From NCBI GenBank assembly GCA_964589625.1, contig CAZPSH010000002.1, positions 68,469 through 132,468 on the forward strand: a DNA stretch of 64,000 nt. Direction: 5' to 3'. Source of the DNA: an uncultured Thermoanaerobaculia bacterium. Its GTDB lineage: Bacteria; Acidobacteriota; UBA4820; DSQY01. The position numbers and the translations under genes are program-made. A model generated the notes under the pieces. That model made no database searches. It worked only from the letters and a program-made list of their open reading frames with translations, and was not told the origin of the DNA. Shown piece by piece: positions 53,699 to 63,497 of this stretch; the stretch's first letter is position 1, and each line of letters starts with the position of its first letter.

Positions 53699-55312
53699 AT
53701 GAGCCCGGAGACGCAGGAAACCCTCTTTCGGAGCGGAGATGCGCCCGCTCCAGAGATCCTCAGCTTCGCGGGTCCCACGGGCGGTGTGGGTACGACCCTC
53801 CTGGCCGCCAACCTGGGAATTCACCTCGCCAAGAAGGGCCGGAGCGTCCTGCTGGTGGACCTGGCGCTGACGGAGGCGGGGTGCCACCTGGCCCTCGGCA
53901 TGCTGAAAACCGATCGCCACCTGGGTTCCCTCGTGACGAAGCAGGTGGTGGACGTCCGGGACGCCATCCAGCCGACCTCCGTGAACAACCTTTCTCTCCT
54001 GGCGGGATATCCGGACTTGCCCGAGGTGGCCAACCTGGCCTATCTCCTCAAGCAGAAGATCCTCGCGAGCCTGCCCACGCTGCCCTTCGACTTTATCCTG
54101 ATCGACGCGGGGTGCGGAACGGGGGCGGACACGCTGGACTTCTTCCTCGCTGGGAGGACTTCCGTGGCCGTCATGCAGGCCACGCCGGCGGGCGTCGAGC
54201 CCTTCTACCGCTTTCTCCGCGCGGCCCTGCGCCGGCTCCTCGTGGAGAGCCTCAACCGAAAGCGCTACCAGGCCCTGGCCCCGCATCTCAACGCCAAGTC
54301 CCCCCTGTCGGGGCTCTGGGACCTCCACGAGACGCGGGAGGAGGACCTTACGGCCGTGGAGCAGGCCATCCGCCGCCACTCCATCGCCTTCGTCCAGACG
54401 GGGCTGTCCTCCGAGAAGGACGCCCGCCTCGGCCTCCAGCTCGAGACCCTCGTGCGGCGCTACTTCCTCTTCCCCACGCGCTTCCTCGGGGCCCTCGACT
54501 GGGACGCGCAAGCCTCGGGGGCCAGCCGCAACCTGGAGCCCATCGGAAAGGCCTACCCCATGTGCCCCTACAGCCTTTCCGTGGAGAAGCTCGCCAACCT
54601 CTTTCTGAGGGAGGAGCGGGACGCGCTGACCGGGGAGGGCCACCTGGCGCCGAGCCCCCTCGAGGAGATGGACGCCTACGAGCTGCTGGAGGTTCCCTAC
54701 AACGCGCCGGCCAAGGAAATCCAGGCCGCCTACCCGCGCCACCTGGAACCCTACCTGGAGACCTCCCCCCTGACCCTGAGCCTCTATTCCCGGGAGGAGC
54801 GGGAGGCCGTGCGGGACCTCTTCGAGGAGGCCTACAAGACCCTCATCACCACGAGTCTGAGGCAGAGGTACGACGAGGACCTCATCGCCAAAGGAAAGAT
54901 GAGCCCCGACCAGCGCGTGGCCGAATACCGGGAGGCCGGCCCCTCTTCCGAGGGGCCCCACGCCCCGCCGGCGGGCCTCCCCGCGCCCGAGAAGGTGGAG
55001 GACACGGCGACCCGGTCGGCCAAGATCCTCGATGCGGTCCTCGCCGAGATAAAGACCTTCGACGGGGCGGGGATCCGGGCGATCCGAGAGGCCCAGGGAA
55101 TTTCGGTGGCCGAGATCGTGGCCGAGACGAACATCCGTTCGTGGTACATCGATTCCATAGAGGCCGAGCGCTTCGAAGCCCTCCCCGGCCTCATCTACCT
55201 AAAAGGATTTGTCCGCCAGGTGGCCAACTACCTCCACCTGGACGCGGAGAAGGTCCTGAAGGATTACCTGGGCCGCTACGAGGCCTGGCGCAGCCGCCGG
55301 GGGCCCGGATGA
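53699..55312 (+). CDS. ParA/MinD-like protein with lysine-less deviant Walker A, fused J-domain-like (no HPD) and C-terminal RodZ/XRE-like HTH
   Basis: AGPTGGVGTTLLAANL vs MinD KGGVGKTT (both Lys absent); DAYELLEVPYNAPAKEIQAAYPRHLEPY resembles J-domain helices I-II with HPD replaced by HLE; C-term GISVAEIVAETNIRSWYIDSIE...LIYLKGFVRQVANYLHLDAEK is RodZ-N/HTH_25-like. Confidence 0.65.
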   Translation: MSPETQETLFRSGDAPAPEILSFAGPTGGVGTTLLAANLGIHLAKKGRSVLLVDLALTEAGCHLALGMLKTDRHLGSLVTKQVVDVRDAIQPTSVNNLSLLAGYPDLPEVANLAYLLKQKILASLPTLPFDFILIDAGCGTGADTLDFFLAGRTSVAVMQATPAGVEPFYRFLRAALRRLLVESLNRKRYQALAPHLNAKSPLSGLWDLHETREEDLTAVEQAIRRHSIAFVQTGLSSEKDARLGLQLETLVRRYFLFPTRFLGALDWDAQASGASRNLEPIGKAYPMCPYSLSVEKLANLFLREERDALTGEGHLAPSPLEEMDAYELLEVPYNAPAKEIQAAYPRHLEPYLETSPLTLSLYSREEREAVRDLFEEAYKTLITTSLRQRYDEDLIAKGKMSPDQRVAEYREAGPSSEGPHAPPAGLPAPEKVEDTATRSAKILDAVLAEIKTFDGAGIRAIREAQGISVAEIVAETNIRSWYIDSIEAERFEALPGLIYLKGFVRQVANYLHLDAEKVLKDYLGRYEAWRSRRGPG

Positions 55313-55346
55313 TTCCCTCACGACAGGCCGAGGGAGCGCGCGACCG

Positions 55347-56666
55347 ATGAGCACGGACCTCCCCGGCGACGAGACGGCCCTTACCTCCCCCCGCCAACTG
55401 GCTGATCTTTTCGAGCCGAAGGAGCCCGTCCGCGGCCGGGTGGGCGTGGAGTGGGAGCAGGTCCCCGTGGATTCCCGGTGCCGCCCCGTTCCCTTCGACG
55501 GTCCCGCGGGCGTGGAGGCTCTTCTCCTTCAGCTCTCCTCCACCCACAAGGCCATCCTCGAGGGGGGGCGTTACACGGCCCTGAGGCTGAGCGGCGGAGG
55601 GATGCTGGGGCTCGAGCCCGGGGGCCAGGTGGAGATCGCCTCCCCCCCGTCGGCCCGCATGACGACCCTCCACCGCTTTCTGGCCCGCACCTGCCGCGAG
55701 GTGGACGGGGCCGCCCGCCAGATGGGCTTCCGGCTGGCCCCCTGGGGCCTGAGCCCGTATGCCGAGGCGGAGGACGTGCCCGACGTGCCGAAGGTCCGCT
55801 ACTCGATCCTCCGGGACCACCTGGAACGCGCCGGCACCCGGGGGCGGCGCATGATGAAGCTCACGGCCTCCACGCAAGTCTGCCTTGACTACCTGGACGA
55901 GGCCGACATGGGCCGGATGGTCTCGGCGGTGACGCCGCTCCTGCCCTACGTGGCGGCCTATACGGCCAACTCGCCCGTCTACCGCGGGCGGCGGAGCCGC
56001 TGGGTGAGCCAGCGGCCCTGGATCTGGAGGGGCACCGACGTCCTGCGGACGGGGCTCCCTGGGTTCCTCTTCGACGAGCCCGTCTCCTACCACCAGTGGG
56101 TCAAGTACGGCCTGTCCCGCCCCGGCCTTTTCCTGATCCGAGACGGGCGGTACCTCCCGGGCGACGGGCGGACCTTCGGGGACTGGATGAAGCACGGCTC
56201 TCCCGGAGGAGCCCTTCGGGTCTCCGACTGGCTCGTCCACTGGAGCACGCTCTTCCCCGAAGTGAGGATCCGCGGCTACCTGGAGATCCGGACAGTGGAC
56301 TCCCTTCCGCTTCCCCTGGTGCTCGCCGTGGCGGCCTTCTTCAAAGGGCTCCTCTGCCCGCCGGAGGCGCCGGGCTTCTGGGGCGTCCGGCTTCCTCGGT
56401 GGACTCCGAGGGAATGCCGGGCCGCCCTGCTGGAGGCCTCCCGCCTCGGTCCCCGGTGGGCGCCCCTGGAGGGTCCCTCCCCCCACGCGGTCCTCTCGCG
56501 TCTCGTCCGCGCCGCATCGGCGGGCCTCGTCTCCCTGGGCGAGGAGGACTCCTGGCTCGCCCCCTTCAAGGAACTGGTGGACCGCGACGCCTGTCCGGCG
56601 GACCTTTGGCGCAAGGACGCCGCGGGCCGGTGGCGCGGCGCCGAAGACCCGGACCCCATCTATTGA
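55347..56666 (+). CDS. glutamate--cysteine ligase family 2 (GCS2) carboxylate-amine ligase
   Basis: 439 aa; VGVEWEQ N-terminal motif and overall size fit GCS2/EgtA-like ligases; assignment from motif memory only. Confidence 0.5.
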   Translation: MSTDLPGDETALTSPRQLADLFEPKEPVRGRVGVEWEQVPVDSRCRPVPFDGPAGVEALLLQLSSTHKAILEGGRYTALRLSGGGMLGLEPGGQVEIASPPSARMTTLHRFLARTCREVDGAARQMGFRLAPWGLSPYAEAEDVPDVPKVRYSILRDHLERAGTRGRRMMKLTASTQVCLDYLDEADMGRMVSAVTPLLPYVAAYTANSPVYRGRRSRWVSQRPWIWRGTDVLRTGLPGFLFDEPVSYHQWVKYGLSRPGLFLIRDGRYLPGDGRTFGDWMKHGSPGGALRVSDWLVHWSTLFPEVRIRGYLEIRTVDSLPLPLVLAVAAFFKGLLCPPEAPGFWGVRLPRWTPRECRAALLEASRLGPRWAPLEGPSPHAVLSRLVRAASAGLVSLGEEDSWLAPFKELVDRDACPADLWRKDAAGRWRGAEDPDPIY

Positions 56667-57037
56667 CGGGGAGGGAGAGCGCCGGCCCTCGGGCCGTGGG
56701 ACCCTCGCGGGTCGGCCCATTCGGGGAGTCGGAGGACAACTGGGTCCATATTCCTTGAGACGTCGCAGGTGGCTTTTCGCCCTCGATGGTTCGGCGGCCG
56801 CGGCATTCCGCCCGCGGCCCGGGCCCGCGAAACGCTCCGAAGAGTGTGACCCGGCGCACACCTTCGCGGGTGAAATGGCCCACCGTTCCGCCGGACCCCT
56901 TTGAGGGGAGGAATGGGCGCGGGCGGGGAGCCCCCGTGGGGGCTTGACTACCCTGGAATTGAGCCTATACTTTGAGTCAGAGGAGGGAAAGGGCGGAAAG
57001 CAAAGGGCAAGAGGCCATTCCTCCAGGGGGGAGGGTA

Positions 57038-57065
57038 TTGACACCACAGATTGCCCTGATATACT
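57038..57065 (+). promoter_or_regulatory. candidate sigma-70 promoter TTGACA-N16-TATACT
   Basis: Direct read, ~300 nt upstream of PKD-protein ATG; second candidate TTGACG-N18-TATTCT at 57146..57175. Confidence 0.4.
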
Positions 57066-57364
57066 TCCCCCGCAAAGGGAGCGGGCCATATTTACCGAGT
57101 TTTTGGCCGTGACGGGGGGTTGAACGGTGGAGGATGCGCCGGGGCTTGACGGCGCGCGGGTGCCTTCGGTATTCTGAGGCATCCAGTCCGTCGCAGGAGT
57201 TCTGGCGGATGGACTCGGAGGGCGGGAGCGACATGGACACGCAGCGGTCCCAGCGGAGAGGGAGGCGGAGCGGCCGTTGGCCCGCCCCGAGAGGTGATCC
57301 ATTCGGGCTTGTTTCGACACGATACCCCATGTGGTTGAAGCGCTTTGAGTGATGGAATAGGAGG

Positions 57365-60300
57365 TTGAGGATGCACAAAACGTTGAGAACGCGGCTCGTG
57401 GGGATCGGCCTGGTGGTCGCCCTGCTGGCGCTCGCCGTTCCGGCTCTCGCCCAGAACACGTGGCAAAGGCAGTCCACGGTCATGGGCGTCCCCGGGGCGA
57501 ACTTCCCCACGCCCCCGATGGCGATCTGGTCCAACCCGGGAGGCGTTGTGGACGTCGGCACCGCCGGCGGCGGGTACCCTGGCGGAAACCTGGGCTACCT
57601 GTATGAATCCGGGCTCGGAAACTACGGTGTCAATTTCGATTTTCAGGTGACGCCCCCCGGTCCGGCGGCCGATGACTTCACGGCCGTCACGTGGGACGGA
57701 GCCGTGTCCTACGTCGGCAACTGGAACACGGGCCTCTGGGTGTCCAGTGGAGGCATCTGGACCAACGTGTCCGCCGGCGTGCCCTCGGTGAACCAGCACG
57801 TCCAGTGCATCACGTGGGATCCCAGCGCGCCCACGGGCACCCTTCCCCACGACGTCTTCTTCGGCACCTGGGGTAGCGGCGCCTACATGTACGAGGGGAC
57901 CACCTTCACCCAGATCTTCGATCCCCTCTTCGACCTGGTGGACGGCGCCGCCGCCACGCCGGGCATGTACTTCGTCCACGACATCGCCGTGAAGCAGGCC
58001 AACTGCCCGACCACCCCCCGCCTGGTCTTCCTCGCCACGGATGGCGGCGGCCTCCTGCGCGGCACCCAGTCCTGCACCACGGGCCTCTGGTCCTGGAGCC
58101 AGGTCTACGATGCGGACCTCTACATCTACGACGTGACCTACGACTACGCAACGGGTTCCCTCTTCATCGGCACCCAGCAGCACGGCATCCAGCTCTCCAC
58201 GGATGACGGCGCCTCCTGGACCACGCTGTCCGCCTCTCCGGCCATTACGACGCCGGTGACGGACATCCAGTTCGGCGGCTACCCGAACTTCATCTTCGCC
58301 GGCACCCTCGGCCAGGGCGTGTTCCGCTACGACAGCGACGCCGGCTCCTTCTACCAGATCAACAACGGCTATGGCGCCGCCGACATGAACGACCCGAACG
58401 TCCACTGCATCTTCTGGAACGCGGCGGACGGGTACCTCTACGCCGGAACCTCCGACGCGGCGACCCCCACGGCGGGCAACGTGTGGAGCATCAACCTGGT
58501 GCCCTTCACGGGGACCTTCACGCCCACGACGCCCCTCGAGGTCGGTGACGCGGTGAACGACTGCGTGGCCGTGACCCTCGCCAACCAGGCGCCGGCCAAC
58601 TGGACGGCCGCCATCACGCTGGGCTCCCTGCCCCCGGGCATGGCCCCCACGGTGGACAACGTCCCCTATCCGCCGGCCGCCTGCATCGCCGGCGCGCCCA
58701 CGGAGGACGGCTGCTACGACGCCACCCTCACGGTGTGGGACGCCCTCATCAACCGCACCGACTTCGCCAACGCCGACTACACCGTGACCCCCGGCGTGGC
58801 CATCGACGCCCAGCCCAACCCCGCCCAGTACGGCATGCTGGTCCAGTTCACCAGCGCCGTGACGGGCGCCACGGGCACCGTCACCTACGCCTGGGACTTC
58901 GACGTGACCAACGTGTCCCTGCTCTGGCTCCCGGGCACCGACACGAGCACCGAGGCCAACCCCGTGGTCCTCTTCCCCGAGGCCGGCCTCTACCAGGTGG
59001 ACCTCACCGTCACCGACACGGGCGCCGCGGGCGGCTGCACCGTCTCCACGACGAAGACCATCCTCGTCGAGGTGGTGGGCAACCTGGTGGTGGACCCCAA
59101 CGCCACGATCGTGGGATCGGGCGCTCAGTTCCAGTTCTGGGCCAACGTCTCCGGCGGCGTGCCCATGTGCGTGACGCCGAGCGGCTACACCTTCGCCTGG
59201 ACCTTCGTAGACGTGCAGACGGGCGCCACGATCACGACCAGCACCCTCGAGAACCCCGTCATCACCTTCCCCTACACGGGCACCTTCAAGGGCACGGTCA
59301 CCGTGACGGACTGCTCGGGCCACACGGCCACGGGCTTCTGCGTGGTGAACTACAACGGCTTCATGTCGGCCACCGTCTCCTCGGTCTGCAACCCCGGCCC
59401 CACGGGCGTGCCCGTCGCCTTCTACGTGTCGGCGCACAGCATCAGCCCCTCGGCCACGCCTCCGTACACCGTGACCTTCTCCTGGGGTGACGGGACCCCC
59501 GACGTGATCGTGCCCACGATCACGGGCTTCGGCGGCTTCGAGGAGGCATTCCAGCTTCACACCTACGCCGCGGCGGGCACCTACGACGTGCTCATCTCCA
59601 TCTTCGACGGCGGCTCCAACACGACGCTGGTGCCCTACACCCAGACCATCTATCCGCAGTTCACGGGCATCACGATCGCGGCCAACCCCAACCCCGCCTC
59701 GGGCTGCGACCTGCACATCGGCGAGACCATCACCTTCACCGTGACGCCCGTGGGTGGCATCGCGCCGTACCTCTACTCCATCGACTTCGGCGACGGCTCC
59801 ACGGCCACCGTGACCCAGAGCGGGCCGGCGACCTTCAGCCACGCCTACGCCGCGGCCGGCACCTACACGGTCCGCGCCTACGTCACCGATAGCGGCAACT
59901 GCGCCACGACGAACTCGGCCACCTACGGTCCCTTCAACGTGGTGGCGGAGCCCACGGCCGCCGTCACCGTGAACGGCCTGAACTGCAACACGGGCGGCTT
60001 CGGCGTGGAGATCCCGAACTTCGGCGTGAACCCGCTGGCCGTGGCCCTCGGCGCGACCTACACGGCCTTCGCCGGCCACACCGTGAACTACACCTGGACC
60101 TACAACAACAACTGGGCCGCCGACGACCCCGACACCTACAGCAACTCGGTGGTTTCCCCGGCGCCCATCCCCGACTTCATCGAGAACTTCTACCTGGGCT
60201 CCGAGTCCTACCGGACCTTCACCGCCACCTTCACGCTCACCGACACGGGCTTCTGCGTGAACGACACGGTGCTGACCCGGACCATCACCTTCACGATCTA

Positions 60301-62221
60301 CAACCCGCTGGCCGTCAGCGCCCCCTCGTGGGAGCAGGCGTGCGGCTCCATGGCCGTGACCTTCAACGCCTCGGCCAGCGTCTTCGGCGGTATCCCCGGC
60401 TACTACTACGTGTGGAACTTCGGTGACGGCTCGAGCGCCGGACCCTTCACGAACCCCGGCCCCATCACCCACACCTACGCCGCCCCCGGCGAGTACGACG
60501 CCCAGCTGACCGTGACGGACAGCGCGGTGCCGAACTGCACGGGCACGGCCAACACGGCCAACGTCATCTTCCACGTGACGGTGGTGGAACCCTTCGCCGG
60601 CACGGCCTCGGCCTCCCCGACGGTGGGTTGCTCCCCGCTGTGGGTTGACTTCACCTCCAACGTGACCGGCGGCGGACAGCCCGGGACCAACCTCCAGCTC
60701 CGCTGGACGGCGACGGACGGCTGGGACACCGGCTGGGGCGCCTCGGCCACCCCGAGCCACACCTTCACGGCCGCGAGCAGCACGGTCTACTCCTGGTACC
60801 TGTACGCGCGCTCGGGAATCTACAACCCCTACGAGTGCCTGATCGCCTCCGGCGACATCCAGGTGGACGTGGCGGCCTCGAACCTCGTGATCGTGCCCAC
60901 CTCGACCTCCGACTACATCCCGCTCGACGACACCTTCACGACGACCTGGAACGACGGCAGCGCGCCCATCACGCTGACCTACACCCTGACCCGCATCAAG
61001 GACAAGGACGGCAACTTCATCACCCCCGAGGTCACCACCCGGACGGTGACGAACGCCACCTCGCCCTACCAGTTCACCTTCACCTTCGAGAAGACCGGAA
61101 CCTGGACGGTGGTCTGCAACCTGTCCGACGTCTGCACCGCGTCGCTGGCCAGCAACACCGTGACGATCCAGGTCCTCGACACGCCGGCCCTCACCGTGAC
61201 GACCCAGACCCTCATCAACGGCGTCATCGGCACCTCGGGCCTCGCCCCCCTCACCGTGAACTTCTCCTCCGTGCCCCAGGGCGGCGTGCCTCCCTATACC
61301 TTCCTCTGGAACTTCGGTGACGGCACCAACAGCACGGCCCAGAACCCCATCAAGACCTACAACCTTACCGGCCCGTACGATGTGGTCCTCACCGTGACCG
61401 ACTCCTACCCGGCCGCCGCCGGCGGGCCCCAGACGGCCACCGCCAACATCCACATCACCGTCTACGCCCCGCTGACCGCCACCGCCACCGGCGCGCCCAC
61501 GACCCTCATCACGGGCGGCACCGTGAACTTCTCCGCCAGCGTCATGGGGGGCACGGGCTCCTACACCTATGCCTGGACCTTCGGCGACGGCGGCGTGGGC
61601 ACCGGCGCGGCTCCGGCCCACCAGTACCTCACGGCCGGCACCTACTTCGCGCGGGTCCGTGTGACCGACACGGCCACCAACTTCGTGGACAGCAACGACG
61701 TCGTCATCCGGGTGTACAGCCCCGTCGCCGTCGCGGCCTCCGCCACGCCCAGCACCGTCATCCTCGGCAACTCGGTGACCTTCACGGCCCTGGCTTCGGG
61801 TGGCAGCGGCAATTACACCATCGAGTGGAGCTTCGGCGACGGCACCACCGGAACGGGCGCCACGGCCAACAAGACCTACACCACGATCGGCACGAAGAAC
61901 GTGACCGTTACCGTGACCGACACCCAGCTCGCCAGCAACACCATCACCCAGAACCTCACGGTCATCGTGAAGCCCGTTCCTCCGCAGATCCTGTCCTCGA
62001 AGAAGCTCACGGATCCCTTCCGGATCGTGCTCTACGGGACGAATTTCCAGAGCGGCTGCACGGCAACCATCAACGGCACGGGCGTCACGGTGAAGTTCGT
62101 AAGCAGCGGCAAGATCAAGCTGCTCAACGCCAAGAGCCTCTGCCCCAAGGGCGTGCCCGTCACCATCGTGGTCACGAACCCCGACACCGGCGTCTCCAAC
62201 CCCTATCAGTTCACCAGGTAA
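57365..62221 (+). CDS. giant secreted PKD-repeat / IPT-TIG domain cell-surface protein
   Basis: RBS GGAATAGGAGG; signal peptide MRMHKTLRTRLVGIGLVVALLALAVPALA; >=7 PKD signatures (WxFGDG...Y: WNFGDGSSAGPF, FSWGDGTPDV, IDFGDGSTATV, WNFGDGTNSTAQNP, WTFGDGGVGTGAAP, WSFGDGTTGTGATA); C-terminal IPT/TIG-like domain. Confidence 0.8.
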   Translation: MRMHKTLRTRLVGIGLVVALLALAVPALAQNTWQRQSTVMGVPGANFPTPPMAIWSNPGGVVDVGTAGGGYPGGNLGYLYESGLGNYGVNFDFQVTPPGPAADDFTAVTWDGAVSYVGNWNTGLWVSSGGIWTNVSAGVPSVNQHVQCITWDPSAPTGTLPHDVFFGTWGSGAYMYEGTTFTQIFDPLFDLVDGAAATPGMYFVHDIAVKQANCPTTPRLVFLATDGGGLLRGTQSCTTGLWSWSQVYDADLYIYDVTYDYATGSLFIGTQQHGIQLSTDDGASWTTLSASPAITTPVTDIQFGGYPNFIFAGTLGQGVFRYDSDAGSFYQINNGYGAADMNDPNVHCIFWNAADGYLYAGTSDAATPTAGNVWSINLVPFTGTFTPTTPLEVGDAVNDCVAVTLANQAPANWTAAITLGSLPPGMAPTVDNVPYPPAACIAGAPTEDGCYDATLTVWDALINRTDFANADYTVTPGVAIDAQPNPAQYGMLVQFTSAVTGATGTVTYAWDFDVTNVSLLWLPGTDTSTEANPVVLFPEAGLYQVDLTVTDTGAAGGCTVSTTKTILVEVVGNLVVDPNATIVGSGAQFQFWANVSGGVPMCVTPSGYTFAWTFVDVQTGATITTSTLENPVITFPYTGTFKGTVTVTDCSGHTATGFCVVNYNGFMSATVSSVCNPGPTGVPVAFYVSAHSISPSATPPYTVTFSWGDGTPDVIVPTITGFGGFEEAFQLHTYAAAGTYDVLISIFDGGSNTTLVPYTQTIYPQFTGITIAANPNPASGCDLHIGETITFTVTPVGGIAPYLYSIDFGDGSTATVTQSGPATFSHAYAAAGTYTVRAYVTDSGNCATTNSATYGPFNVVAEPTAAVTVNGLNCNTGGFGVEIPNFGVNPLAVALGATYTAFAGHTVNYTWTYNNNWAADDPDTYSNSVVSPAPIPDFIENFYLGSESYRTFTATFTLTDTGFCVNDTVLTRTITFTIYNPLAVSAPSWEQACGSMAVTFNASASVFGGIPGYYYVWNFGDGSSAGPFTNPGPITHTYAAPGEYDAQLTVTDSAVPNCTGTANTANVIFHVTVVEPFAGTASASPTVGCSPLWVDFTSNVTGGGQPGTNLQLRWTATDGWDTGWGASATPSHTFTAASSTVYSWYLYARSGIYNPYECLIASGDIQVDVAASNLVIVPTSTSDYIPLDDTFTTTWNDGSAPITLTYTLTRIKDKDGNFITPEVTTRTVTNATSPYQFTFTFEKTGTWTVVCNLSDVCTASLASNTVTIQVLDTPALTVTTQTLINGVIGTSGLAPLTVNFSSVPQGGVPPYTFLWNFGDGTNSTAQNPIKTYNLTGPYDVVLTVTDSYPAAAGGPQTATANIHITVYAPLTATATGAPTTLITGGTVNFSASVMGGTGSYTYAWTFGDGGVGTGAAPAHQYLTAGTYFARVRVTDTATNFVDSNDVVIRVYSPVAVAASATPSTVILGNSVTFTALASGGSGNYTIEWSFGDGTTGTGATANKTYTTIGTKNVTVTVTDTQLASNTITQNLTVIVKPVPPQILSSKKLTDPFRIVLYGTNFQSGCTATINGTGVTVKFVSSGKIKLLNAKSLCPKGVPVTIVVTNPDTGVSNPYQFTR

Positions 62222-62325
62222 CCACAGCCTGGGAAAGCGCTTCTCAGAGGGCGGGCTTCGGCCCGCCCTCCCTTTTTTTGTCCATCCCTTTTCTCCGGAC
62301 CCTCCCCTTGCGGTACGATGACCCC

Positions 62326-63444
62326 ATGAACGGGAGAAGGTGGGGCTGGGCCGTCTTGAGCGCACTATTGGCCGCTTCGTGCGCACCGCCCCCGGCGGCG
62401 CCGACGCAGGTCCCGCGGGTGGCCACGCAGGCCGGCTTGGCGCGGACGCTTCAGGCCGGGTCGGCCTACGGGCGTCTCGGGTGGGCCTTCGCGCCCCTCA
62501 CCCCGAATGCCCGGGCCCGGGACCTGGAGGTTCTTCTGTTCTCCAGCGGCTCATCGGCCTACGACGGCTACGTGCTTCGGGCCTCCTCCCTCTCCCTTCT
62601 TACGCCCTGGCTCAAGCCCTTGGAGCCCGTGGGGCCAGGGATCTTGCGCGAGAGCCTCGCCACGTGCGTGCCGGTCCGGAATGGACGGTGGCTTGCCCTG
62701 CCGCTCACCGCGGACGCGGTCGTGCTCGTCCTGCGTGAGGAAGACGGAGGGCCGGACGGTGCCACGCTGGAGGCCCTGGACCGCTGGTCCTCCGCCAGGC
62801 GAGCCTCCGGAGATGGGGAGCCCGTCCTGGGAAGCACCGTTCCTCCCCTGGAGGTCTTCTGGGCCTTGTCCCTCGGGGAGGGCGCGCCGGGGCCCCCCGC
62901 GCGCGCCGTGCACGGGTCCGCGCAGATCCGCGCGCTGTCGTTCCTTCAGAGACACCGCCTCAGGGCCGCATCCGAGGCGCAAGAGGCCCTCGATTCCTTT
63001 TTGGAGGGACGCCTGAAAGGCGTGTTCCTCTGGGCGTCGGAGGTCAAGCCCCTCTTGGTCCGGGCAAGGTCCGCCGGGATTTCCTGCCGCGTGGTGGAAG
63101 CGCCCCACCGTGGGAGCGAGGCACGCGCCTTGTACGGAGGATTCGTGTGGGCCTGCCCGTCCTCCGTGTCGGCACCCAGCGACGGGAGCCCGCTGCTCGG
63201 GTCCGCCGTACAGGAGACGCTCACCCTGGCGGGCCACCTCCCCGCCGCGGCGGGGATGCCCCCCGGCAGCCCCGAGGCCGAGGGCGTTCTCGGGCGCACA
63301 CGACTCGTGGCGCCTCCGGACCTCGGACAGCGGAGCCAGGAAATCCTGGAGGGGGCCCTGATGGACGCGCTGGAGGCGGAGTTCTCCGCGGAGGACGCGC
63401 TGCGGCGGGCGCAGGCCCGAATCGCCCAGGAGGCCGGTCCTTGA
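62326..63444 (+). CDS. lipoprotein, possible solute-binding-like protein
   Basis: Signal + lipobox LLAASC; 373 aa; no catalytic motif. Confidence 0.45.
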   Translation: MNGRRWGWAVLSALLAASCAPPPAAPTQVPRVATQAGLARTLQAGSAYGRLGWAFAPLTPNARARDLEVLLFSSGSSAYDGYVLRASSLSLLTPWLKPLEPVGPGILRESLATCVPVRNGRWLALPLTADAVVLVLREEDGGPDGATLEALDRWSSARRASGDGEPVLGSTVPPLEVFWALSLGEGAPGPPARAVHGSAQIRALSFLQRHRLRAASEAQEALDSFLEGRLKGVFLWASEVKPLLVRARSAGISCRVVEAPHRGSEARALYGGFVWACPSSVSAPSDGSPLLGSAVQETLTLAGHLPAAAGMPPGSPEAEGVLGRTRLVAPPDLGQRSQEILEGALMDALEAEFSAEDALRRAQARIAQEAGP

Positions 63445-63497
63445 GGGCGGGCGGTGGAGCTCTGGAAGGGCGCCTTCGGCGCAGGGCCGGGACGGGT

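Noticed and set aside
57134-57352. 72-aa ORF in the PKD-gene leader
   Set aside because: It has no RBS, is Arg/Ser-rich, and overlaps the candidate promoter/5'-UTR. It is more likely non-coding.
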